From a virus (lineage: Duplodnaviria; Heunggongvirae; Uroviricota; Caudoviricetes), in the IMG/VR virus record IMGVR_UViG_2529292718_000007: 49,349 bases of DNA; one strand, written 5' to 3'. The notes below the pieces were generated by a model. The model saw nothing but the letters and a program-made list of their open reading frames with translations, ran no database searches and was not told the DNA's origin. Both the position numbers and the translations under genes were made by a program. Below are positions 20,707 through 28,694 of the stretch, in pieces; position 1 is the first letter of the stretch; each line of letters begins with the position of its first letter.

Positions 20707-20970
20707 ATGGAACTTGTACGCAAAACACGCAAAGAGTTCTTGGACCTGTATCGCATGGGAGCTTTCACTTGTGTTGTGGCTACCCAGGACGAAGTGACAA
20801 AAAGCTGGCGGCTTTTTGCTCTCAATAAAAAAGGGATTGCCGTTTTCATTGAAAAAGCCCGTGGTGGTATCCGCGAATGGGCGGGATTGAATTATGTGGC
20901 TGATTTTTGCGCAGCTATGGGGATTCGTCGCTGGGAAGTCCATATGCCAGGAGTAAAGTCACAAAAATAG
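20707..20970 (+). CDS. Hypothetical protein (partner of upstream HTH gene)
   Basis: ORF 20680..20970; ATG 20707 has GAGG 8 nt upstream. Confidence 0.4.
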   Translation: MELVRKTRKEFLDLYRMGAFTCVVATQDEVTKSWRLFALNKKGIAVFIEKARGGIREWAGLNYVADFCAAMGIRRWEVHMPGVKSQK

Positions 20971-21208
20971 GGCTTTCGCGTCGAAAATGAGGCGAAACTG
21001 AAAACGAGATTTCATTAACAAATAAGCAACATAAAAAACGGTGGAAAACGCCCAGGAAAACATGATCTTTTGAGCGGATTTTTTAGATCCGACAATGAAC
21101 GGTGATCCGGTGGTGCCGATAACGTCCATTATGTTAAATAGCCCCGTTTTTCTTGAAATTATAACCCACAGGTTATATAGTTAGTGATATAAACTACAGG
21201 TTATAGGA

Positions 21209-21562
21209 TTGAGCATGTGGACGGTACTTTTTAGCCAGCGATTTGACGACTGGCTAAATGAGCAAGAAGACGCTCTTCAGGAAAAGGTTTTGGCTGATTT
21301 GAAAAAGCTACAGGTTTACGGACCTGAGTTACCCAGGCCATATGCCGATACCGTAAAAGGTTCTCGGTACAAAAATATGAAAGAGCTTCGCGTTCAGTTT
21401 TCTGGCCGTCCGATAAGAGCCTTTTATGCGTTCGATCCGATTCGCCGGGCCATCGTTCTTTGTGCAGGAGACAAAAGTAACGATAAACGGTTTTATGAAA
21501 AACTGGTGCGTATAGCTGAGGATGAGTTTGCAGCACATCTGAACACACTGGAGAGCAAGTAA
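21209..21562 (+). CDS. higB: Type II toxin, RelE/ParE superfamily (HigB/Gp49-like)
   Basis: 117 aa; Gp49/HigB-like pattern (ELRVQFSGRPIRAFYAF, RRAIVLCAGDKSNDKRFYEKLVRIAEDEF); toxin-first order. Confidence 0.75.
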   Translation: MSMWTVLFSQRFDDWLNEQEDALQEKVLADLKKLQVYGPELPRPYADTVKGSRYKNMKELRVQFSGRPIRAFYAFDPIRRAIVLCAGDKSNDKRFYEKLVRIAEDEFAAHLNTLESK

Positions 21563-21861
21563 TGAGAACATTAGATGAGGTGATTGCCAGCCGTTCACCT
21601 GAAAGCCAGGCGCGAATTAAAGAAATGGCAGATGAGATGATTCTTGAGGTCGGCTTGCAGATGATGCGTGAAGAACTCCAGTTATCACAAAAACAGGTTG
21701 CTGAGGCGATGGGTATAAGCCAGCCAGCAGTAACAAAGCTGGAGCAGCGCGGAAATGATTTAAAGCTGGCGACATTAAAGCGTTACGTTGAAGCTATGGG
21801 AGGCAAATTAAGCCTGGATGTTGAGCTTCCCACAGGAAAACGAATAGCGTTTAACATCTGA
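21562..21861 (+). CDS. higA: Antitoxin, XRE-family HTH (HigA-like)
   Basis: 99 aa; HTH LSQKQVAEAMGISQPAVTKLEQ; ATGA overlap with toxin stop. Confidence 0.75.
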   Translation: MRTLDEVIASRSPESQARIKEMADEMILEVGLQMMREELQLSQKQVAEAMGISQPAVTKLEQRGNDLKLATLKRYVEAMGGKLSLDVELPTGKRIAFNI

Positions 21862-21875
21862 TCAGAACGAATGAT

Positions 21876-21904
21876 AAGCCCCTGTTGCAAAGGGGCTTTT
21901 TTGT
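21876..21904 (+). terminator. Rho-independent terminator after higBA
   Basis: AGCCCCTgttgcaaAGGGGCT hairpin followed by TTTTTT. Confidence 0.6.
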
Positions 21905-21910
21905 GCTCAT

Positions 21911-22024
21911 AGAATTATATAATTATATATTTATATAAAAAGCGCTTTACAGGTGGGAAAAAATTTCCTATGGTTATACCCGAAACCGAGCGATACCCGC
22001 CCTGGTTAAACCGGAGATAACCCG
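21911..22024 (+). promoter_or_regulatory. Conserved promoter-leader module, copy 1 of 3
   Basis: Near-identical to 30607..30719 and 38793..38906; AT-rich palindromes, then TTTACA (21946-21951), 17 bp spacer containing GGAAAAAATTTCC, TATGGT (21969-21974), then leader with GGAGA SD before ATG 22025. Confidence 0.6.
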
Positions 22025-22405
22025 ATGAGCATGATTAAAATCCGCAAAAACGCTTTCCTTAAAATTCAAACTATCCTGGCTGGTTCTGTTGGCGTGATTT
22101 GCCGTTCTTCTTCAAGCCGCATCGATGACGGCTACGATGATGAGTACCGTGTGTCCTCGTGCGATGAGGCTTTAACCTGGCTGAAGGAGAATCAGGAACG
22201 TGCCCAGGTATATCTGGAAACAGAGAACGGCAATCAGATGCTGCGTATTAGCGGTCGTTATGGATTTGAAACTACATTCATGGCCTATTTTAATCAGGCT
22301 TACTTTGACAAGGAGCTGGCCTGGTACACTGATCGCATGAGCAAAAGCGAGCCAGCCCCGATTACACCGCCGAACAATAAACCATTTTTATTCCTCGTTA
22401 AGTAA
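22025..22405 (+). CDS. Hypothetical protein (first gene of module 1)
   Basis: 126 aa ORF with SD; no family recognised. Confidence 0.5.
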   Translation: MSMIKIRKNAFLKIQTILAGSVGVICRSSSSRIDDGYDDEYRVSSCDEALTWLKENQERAQVYLETENGNQMLRISGRYGFETTFMAYFNQAYFDKELAWYTDRMSKSEPAPITPPNNKPFLFLVK

Positions 22406-22468
22406 ACACAATGCGCAAAGTGTCATTTTGACACTTTGCGAGTGTTAATATTGTGCGAGGAGGATGCT

Positions 22469-22741
22469 ATGACGGGTTATGAATTGAAATTATGGCGTCG
22501 TGGGATGAACTGGACGCAGGAGCGAGCCGCCGAATAATTTGGGATATCGTTGGCTACATATAAGCGATATGAGAAGGGGGAGCCGCCGAGGGTCATTGAG
22601 ATGGCCATTCGCGTTCTGTCGTTTGACGATATGGTTAAGGATCTTTCACACCTTGATAAAGATGCGATTCTGTTAAGGCTGCAAACCCTTGTATGGGAAA
22701 AGGTTAAAGTGTCGTCAGAATTGGAACAAGGGATCAAATGA
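22469..22741 (+). pseudogene. XRE-family HTH gene interrupted by in-frame TAA
   Basis: ATG 22469 with strong SD GAGGAGGA; MTGYELKLWRRGMNWTQERAAE then TAA at 22535-22537, same frame continues ...FGISLATYKRYEKGEPPRVIEM... to 22741. Confidence 0.55.
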
Positions 22742-22792
22742 TCCTTTACGGATCGTTTTATGGTGGTGTAATGTAAGCGCCAGAAAGACAAA

Positions 22793-22814
22793 AACCGCCT
22801 TGCCGGGCGGTTTT
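22793..22814 (+). terminator. Rho-independent terminator
   Basis: AACCGCCttgccgGGCGGTT followed by TT. Confidence 0.5.
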
Positions 22815-23347
22815 CAGTCTGAAATTTAAATCTTGCTTGGTAGGCTGGATTTAAAAAGACACCTCTTGATTGGGGCGGCTTTCTTGCGTCTAAAGATAAT
22901 CAAATCTTTTTGCGCCTGCAACCCCTTTTTTACTGGTGCCTGTTTCAGACTCACGCTCGCGTCGTTGTCTTTGCCACTTCGTTGGGTTCGGTGTTTTTGG
23001 GCGGAGTGGCGCGCGGGTATGCGTACAAGGGGAAAGTGTGCTGACGCAAGCCAGGAACAGCGATCTAAACTAAGTCGAGTCTGAGAAAGGCAGGAGTGCG
23101 ACAACTCGCCTGTGCTCAATGAGCAGAAGAAGGTATATCAGACGACCAATGGCATGATTGTGGGCCACAGGGCGCACACGGCGGCGAAGCATTGGAAACG
23201 ATGTGGAGCTATCTGGTGGCATGAGTTCCGGTACTCGATCTCGAGCTTTTTTTGATGCTTTTGAGAAGGGGCCGGAACTCCGGTAAAGGGCACCCTGTAT
23301 GGGGGGAGGGGGGGTTGTGTCTTAAAGGGGCCGTAGCCCCTTTGTTG

Positions 23348-24490
23348 TTATGGTCTGCTTTTCTGTGCGAGCTTATCAGCACATGTTTTTATCAGCTCCT
23401 GTAGTGTCCTGGCTGGCAGGTTTGCATCCAGTACGCTGAGTATGCTGTTGTGATCTGCCTGGTCGACTACTTTGCCTGTCGGTGGTAATAGCTTGAGCTG
23501 AGGATTCAGGTTTTCGTCAAAGCTGATAAGTGCTCTGGCGTTTCTGAGCAGATCAAGAAGTAAGGCTGATATCACATTTTCCTGAGTCATTGCTGGCAGA
23601 TTTAGCGCCGCTTTGGTTTTCCCTGTTGCCTTGTCAAACTCCTTGATTAGTTCCTTCCTGTAGTTCGGTTCCGTTAATAGCCGATTATGCTCTGTTGCCG
23701 CGCGGATAATCGTTTTTTCCTGGTACAGTCGTTTAGCCAGATCGCGCTCGTACTGTGTTTTTAACACGCTGCTGATAGCGCTAAAGGCTTCAATGTAGGC
23801 CAGCTTGATATCCTTCACGCCTGGACCGTCGATACTTTCCATGAGCAAGGTAAATCCGTCTTTTGTCATGCGATAGATTGTTATTTCGCGGTCGCTTCCT
23901 TCCAACGGTCGTTGCTCTTTAAAGAAATGACGCGCCGCAGCTGTGCGAGGAATGCGTAACGCATCGATGGCCATAACGATGGAATTGTTTGTGGTGCTGA
24001 ATGCTTGGGCAACATCGGCTGAGGTTGTGAGTGGCTCGTTATTGCACACCTTAATGTAAAACATCGGTTTGGCGTTGAGCGTATCGACAACCTCACGAGC
24101 ATTGTTTGGCGAGACGGTTACGGTCGCGGCCGTTTGCGCGTTCTGGTTGAAGTAGCAGTCTTCCAGCCGTTCGAATACATCCCACGCCTGATCGGTTTCG
24201 AGCATTTTAGCGTGACGTGCAGCCCCGCGTTCGGTCCAGAGGATTAGTTTTCTAACGTTATTCGCGATGGTTTGAAAATCTCTTAAAGAGATTTTCAAAC
24301 TTTGGAGATCTGTACCTTTTACAATTATGAAATGTTTTCCTTCTGTAAACCGGGACTTATTACGGTGGTGATTTCTGTGAAGACATTCGACGCTACAGCC
24401 ATATAGTTTGGCAAGCAGCTCCGTGGTGATAACGGGGATCTGGTTATGCAGGATAGGCTGTAGGGTGTTAACGGTCGGAAGAGTTTTCAT
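23348..24490 (-). CDS. ant: Phage antirepressor / Rha-family regulatory protein
   Basis: 380 aa; two Rha/antirepressor-like segments (IPVITTELLAKLYGCSVECLHRN; PLTTSADVAQAFSTTNNSIVMAIDAL). Confidence 0.55.
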   Translation of the reverse strand: MKTLPTVNTLQPILHNQIPVITTELLAKLYGCSVECLHRNHHRNKSRFTEGKHFIIVKGTDLQSLKISLRDFQTIANNVRKLILWTERGAARHAKMLETDQAWDVFERLEDCYFNQNAQTAATVTVSPNNAREVVDTLNAKPMFYIKVCNNEPLTTSADVAQAFSTTNNSIVMAIDALRIPRTAAARHFFKEQRPLEGSDREITIYRMTKDGFTLLMESIDGPGVKDIKLAYIEAFSAISSVLKTQYERDLAKRLYQEKTIIRAATEHNRLLTEPNYRKELIKEFDKATGKTKAALNLPAMTQENVISALLLDLLRNARALISFDENLNPQLKLLPPTGKVVDQADHNSILSVLDANLPARTLQELIKTCADKLAQKSRP

Positions 24491-24678
24491 TTTGCACCTC
24501 CCATAACTACTTTGGTTACGAGGGAGATTTTTGCGTCAGAAACAGCGTTATCGTTGCTGGCGATGCGCATAGCTTCGCGCTCGATTATTTCAGCCAGGCG
24601 GAGTTTATCGGCGTATGAGGCTTTCTTGAGAAGGATCTTTACGAGGTTGACGTAATAGTCATGGGGTAGGTTTGTCAT
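24487..24678 (-). CDS. Small protein co-transcribed with antirepressor
   Basis: Track ORF 24487..24714; internal ATG at 24678 has GGAGA SD; stop overlaps ant start (ATGA). Confidence 0.45.
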   Translation of the reverse strand: MTNLPHDYYVNLVKILLKKASYADKLRLAEIIEREAMRIASNDNAVSDAKISLVTKVVMGGAK

Positions 24679-25431
24679 TGTGATATCTCCAGTATATGGA
24701 ACTATCACCGCCATTCGAGGCTAATCAAATGGTGGTGAGCCGTACAGGGTTAGCCTTACCGGACACAATGACGAACCGGCGCGGATTTCTCCGCCCCTGT
24801 ACGACCCACCATAATTTGGGCGTAACAGTGCTCTACGCATAAAAAAACCGCTAACGCGGTATGCGCCATCGTGTTATTCAGGAGGCTAATCCCGGCCGTA
24901 GATTTTGCTACGGCTCGGAAAGTGTCCACCAATGGCGCATTTATGTCAATACGGCGGGGTTTTAACAGAGACAACCACATAGCGTGGGTTTATTGGTAGG
25001 CAGAAACAAAAAAACCGCCCTATTGAGGACGGTTCTTTCGTGCTGATCGGATTCGCGGTCCTTTCAGCATTACGTTGTTGTATAAACAACCACGCAAGCA
25101 CAAGCAGCAAGTTAATTTTACCCAAAAGGTAATAATAGTCCACTATTATGCTTCAAAAAATTGTGGTTCTTGTTGTGCCTGCAAACTCACAGATTGTGGG
25201 TAGGTTACTGATTTTGTGAAAATAAACGAGTTTTTTCGTTTAATTTCTTTCCTATTACTAATCTTAAAATAATCGTAAAATACCTGTGGACCTTCCCGCC
25301 GATTCGCACCCGGGCACCGACTTTAGGGGAGGATTCTCCGTTGCCGTACATGCAAGCACAAGCAGCCGTGCTTGCTCTCGCGTTGTTTTCGTCGGTGGGG
25401 ATGCCGTGAAACGGCCTGTAAGGGCCATACA

Positions 25432-25554
25432 ATGAAAAAATACTGTATGTGTATTTTTATCGTTGTTACTGGGGCTTTGTTTACGCCACATGGGGAGGGT
25501 TGGAAGATTACTGATAACGCTCTGAATGTGACGATAAACATTAGCAGCAAGTAG
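25432..25554 (+). CDS. Small hydrophobic peptide (40 aa)
   Basis: MKKYCMCIFIVVTGALFTPHGEGWKITDNALNVTINISSK; followed by strong terminator. Confidence 0.3.
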   Translation: MKKYCMCIFIVVTGALFTPHGEGWKITDNALNVTINISSK

Positions 25555-25559
25555 CGATT

Positions 25560-25583
25560 AGGCCCCTTCGGGGGCCTTTTTTT
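25560..25583 (+). terminator. Rho-independent terminator
   Basis: AGGCCCCttcgGGGGCCT followed by TTTTTTT. Confidence 0.7.
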
Positions 25584-25805
25584 ATGGCTGAATTTAAACG
25601 CTGGAGCGCATTAAGCCTTTCAGAACTGCTTCACGTACCCATTCTGGCCTGGTGGATAGCAGGGCAAATAAGCAGCCAGCTTGCAGCCGTTTGAGGTCGG
25701 TTAGACGAGTTTTCAGTAACCGTGTATATTGTTGCTCGGACATAACAAATTCCCCTTGTTGTGTCGCGACGGCCAACAGTTGGCGCTGGAGGCCGTCACC
25801 TTCTC

Positions 25806-26054
25806 TTACTTCTGGTTGTATTGAGCCTTGAGTAACTCAAAAGACTTTGTCAGCACTTCTTTCAATGACATATCCATTGAGCTGGCGAACGTTTTGTACT
25901 CGCGTTTAAATTCAGGGTCGACGTTAAACGCCATTTGTGCCCCACCTGATTTGGTTCTGGTTGGCGTTTCAGTCGGGTCGAAAACCTGCGGTTGTTCGAT
26001 CGATGGCGGTACGCCTTTGCTGTTCTTCTTTGGTGGTTTTGATGGTGCGGCCAT
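25806..26054 (-). CDS. ParG-like ribbon-helix-helix centromere-binding protein
   Basis: 82 aa; disordered basic N-terminus then RHH-like FNVDPEFKREYKTFASSMDMSLKEVLTKSFELLK; downstream of parA. Confidence 0.7.
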   Translation of the reverse strand: MAAPSKPPKKNSKGVPPSIEQPQVFDPTETPTRTKSGGAQMAFNVDPEFKREYKTFASSMDMSLKEVLTKSFELLKAQYNQK

Positions 26055-26097
26055 GTGTATCCCCTCTTATATAAATCTATAAAACTATAATTATATA

Positions 26098-26751
26098 TTA
26101 TGCGGCAGTAGTCAGAGCCTCAAGCTGGTTGATAATCCCCTGAATAACGTCGTCTGCCTTTTTGCGTGGCGCAACGTATGAGCACTCAATGAGGCTTAAG
26201 CCCTTATCCTGAGCTTTGCTCAGAGCTGGCTTGTGGGGAATGTACTTATCGACAACAAAGTATGGCGTATTAGCCAGGTACTCTTGGGCTTCAATATAGT
26301 CAGCTTCGTTTTCAGCCGCGCCGGAAAACACCATGCAAATTTTCTTGATTGGTACACCCTTTTTAACGATGCCGTGAGCAGTGTTAACGGTGGTTTCCAG
26401 GTCATCGGTAGAGAATCGGGTTGGCAAAATAACCATATCCAGAAATTCAGATAGCTTCGGTACTGATTCAGATGCGTAGGCACCGCCATCGACGATAACC
26501 AGGTCGTATACTTCTGATTCGATGATTTTCTGGACTTGTGATGGTGTGCCGCACGGCTGCGCCGCGATTGCTGGTTCGATATTGTTGGCCATTCTGCGTT
26601 GTACCCAACGCGTTACCGTTCCGTTAAGCACATCCATATCGATCAGGCATACATTCCAGCCAGCCTTTGCATAAGCAACTGCTAAAGCACGGGCAATTGT
26701 TGATTTGGTTACGCCGCCTTTTCCGTTGAAAATACCTACAGAGATAGTCAT
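26098..26751 (-). CDS. parA: Partition ATPase ParA (small type Ib)
   Basis: Deviant Walker A GIFNGKGGVTKST; track start 26766, ATG 26751 has GGAG SD. Confidence 0.8.
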   Translation of the reverse strand: MTISVGIFNGKGGVTKSTIARALAVAYAKAGWNVCLIDMDVLNGTVTRWVQRRMANNIEPAIAAQPCGTPSQVQKIIESEVYDLVIVDGGAYASESVPKLSEFLDMVILPTRFSTDDLETTVNTAHGIVKKGVPIKKICMVFSGAAENEADYIEAQEYLANTPYFVVDKYIPHKPALSKAQDKGLSLIECSYVAPRKKADDVIQGIINQLEALTTAA

Positions 26752-26775
26752 TTGTCGAGACTCCATGTGTTTGGT

Positions 26776-26879
26776 TATATAATTCTATAAATCTATATTT
26801 ATAGAACGAGGTAAGCATAACCAACTTTTTGGCTGATGAAAAGCGTTTTATATAATTATATAAATCTATAATCATATAA
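26776..26879. promoter_or_regulatory. par operon promoter/operator (possible centromere) with two AT-rich palindrome clusters
   Basis: TATATAATTCTATAAATCTATATTTATAG (about 26776-26805) and TATATAATTATATAAATCTATAATCATATAA (about 26847-26879) upstream of parA; a third cluster at 26067-26100 between parA and parG-like gene. Confidence 0.5.
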
Positions 26880-26901
26880 GCGGGCGTTAGCCCGCTTGCA
26901 G

Positions 26902-27276
26902 TCAGAGGTCAGCTATCGTTGATATCAGTTGATTTGCTAGCTGTCGCTGTTTACGTGAGAGGGTTAGAGCAGCTTCTGAGCGGTCGCTAAGAGGGGGGGT
27001 TTCATCAAGAATCATGAGGCATACAGAAATAATAGCCCTGTTATATGCCATCAATGGCTGGCACAGCTTCGATACCGCTGGCACATCGTATTGTAAGGCC
27101 GTTTTGAGGCAGACTTTTTGTTCTGATGCCAGATGAAGGATAGATTCTATCCAGTCGATATCTTTCTCATTATCAATGATTTGGCATAACATACACTCAA
27201 TCGCTATGTTCAACGCTTGGATTTCGATTCCAGCAGTGATCAGAGTTTCGTTTTTATTGGCTGTATGTAATTCCAT
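26902..27276 (-). CDS. Hypothetical protein downstream of cI-like gene
   Basis: 124 aa ORF; position analogous to accessory genes co-transcribed with repressors. Confidence 0.45.
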   Translation of the reverse strand: MELHTANKNETLITAGIEIQALNIAIECMLCQIIDNEKDIDWIESILHLASEQKVCLKTALQYDVPAVSKLCQPLMAYNRAIISVCLMILDETPPLSDRSEAALTLSRKQRQLANQLISTIADL

Positions 27277-27368
27277 GCGTAGCCTCTTTTATACTTTTAC
27301 ATGTTGTCAAAACCACAAAATGTGGTTTTTTTGAGCGTAGAAATGCACGGCTTTCGCCGTGCTGTGTA

Positions 27369-28025
27369 TCATAACCAGTTGACAACACTAACTACGCGGC
27401 CAAGAACTTTATAACGCTTAAATTCCTCGTTATTCAGATGCTTAGTGTTCATTTCAGCATCCCTTTCGGTTGACAGCATAACAGCATTGTCACCCGGTAT
27501 GACTCTACAGTGCCTCAAAACAACCAGGCCATTTCTGTCTTCAAGGGCATAGATCCCCTCATGAATCTCTGTATCGTCTGTATTAATCAGGACTTGGGAG
27601 CCTGGGGATATTGTTGGTGACATTAACTCATCGTTGCTCTGGAGAACTGACAGAGACGATGGGTTGATGTTCTTGCTTCGTAGAATCTCCTGTTCTATCG
27701 CCAGCACTGGCTTTTCTCCGGCGTGCGATGCTATGTCATTTTTTATAGCTACAAGCCCAGGAATAACAGGAGCGTTAGTATTCTGGGGTGGGAACGGGTT
27801 ATCTGTTAAGCACGCGATATAAGGCGCTGATGCTTTCAGGGCGTGCGCGATTTTCTTGATGGCAGGTATAGATGGTTGTCTTAATCCGGCCTCATAGTTC
27901 TGCAAGGTGCTTAAGCCTATTCCAGTGACTTGCTGGAGATCTCCGGCAGTCATGCCGGATTGTTTCCGTAGAGTCTGAATGCGCAGACCTATTTCTTTCT
28001 TGATGTTCTCGTCGTTGCTTTTCAT
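27369..28025 (-). CDS. cI: CI-like repressor (N-terminal XRE HTH, C-terminal S24 LexA-like domain)
   Basis: 218 aa; HTH GLRIQTLRKQSGMTAGDLQQVTGIGLSTLQNYEAG; C-terminal S24-like fold (MSPTISPGSQVLIN...); divergent from Cro-like gene. Confidence 0.75.
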   Translation of the reverse strand: MKSNDENIKKEIGLRIQTLRKQSGMTAGDLQQVTGIGLSTLQNYEAGLRQPSIPAIKKIAHALKASAPYIACLTDNPFPPQNTNAPVIPGLVAIKNDIASHAGEKPVLAIEQEILRSKNINPSSLSVLQSNDELMSPTISPGSQVLINTDDTEIHEGIYALEDRNGLVVLRHCRVIPGDNAVMLSTERDAEMNTKHLNNEEFKRYKVLGRVVSVVNWL

Positions 28026-28199
28026 GTCTCATCAATCGTGAATGGTGGGTTATTTATACATTACCACATTTAGTGGTTTTCACATGGTAAGACGAGAGGT
28101 GGACCACAAATAGAAGGTTATTTTTTGTTTCGCCCATTGAAAAACTCACGATATGTGGTTTTAATACCACGTATCGTGGTTTTAACTGGAGTTCGTTAA
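28026..28199. promoter_or_regulatory. Immunity-region divergent promoter/operator
   Basis: Operator-like palindromes ACCACATTTAGTGGT (28063-28077) and ACCACGTATCGTGGT (28166-28180); rightward promoter TTGAAA (28137-28142)-17 bp-TTTAAT (28160-28165) abutting the second palindrome. Confidence 0.55.
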
Positions 28200-28694
28200 A
28201 TGACCTTTCAGGAGTGGGTTGACGAAAATGGAGGCCAAATTGGTGTTGCCAGAAAGTTTGGCTTTACGTCATCACTGATTGGTGCCTGGTATCGCTTCGA
28301 GAGATTCCCTCGTGCGGATAACCTGACGCTGCTGGTGGCGTATTCGGAAGGCCGGATTAACGTCCAGCAATGGGCGGCAGATTTTGCCGAACGTCAGCGC
28401 CAGCGTAGCGATGGCACATCGGTTCGGCAGAACAAGATCAAAGGGAATCTCCCTGTTAACTGCTTATCAAGGCTGAAAGCGGTTTTCTCTGAGCTGGGGA
28501 TGCCTGCGGAGCGTTGCAATCTACGCGGTCCGCGATTCATTGCTCGCTGGAAACACTCACACGTAACCGTTTCAGAGGTTCGTGATGCGATTACCGTGCT
28601 GGAGCTTAAGAATAAAGATTCCAGCGATATCGAGCTGATTCATAAGGAGATTAGCAACGCCCGGCGTTCAGCACTTGGGAGGCTTGAGGAATGA
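28200..28694 (+). CDS. Cro-like / early transcriptional regulator
   Basis: 164 aa; first rightward gene; N-terminal Cro-like segment GQIGVARKFGFTSSLIGAWYRF. Confidence 0.45.
   Translation: MTFQEWVDENGGQIGVARKFGFTSSLIGAWYRFERFPRADNLTLLVAYSEGRINVQQWAADFAERQRQRSDGTSVRQNKIKGNLPVNCLSRLKAVFSELGMPAERCNLRGPRFIARWKHSHVTVSEVRDAITVLELKNKDSSDIELIHKEISNARRSALGRLEE

Noticed and set aside
22826-23119. Overlapping opposite-strand ORFs (97 aa minus, 83 aa plus) in the GC-rich block
   Set aside because: Mutually overlapping, no RBS, region better explained as structured non-coding DNA.
25205-25550. Three overlapping 75 aa minus-strand ORFs in the antirepressor leader
   Set aside because: Overlap each other in different frames within a repeat- and hairpin-rich leader; none has a convincing start.
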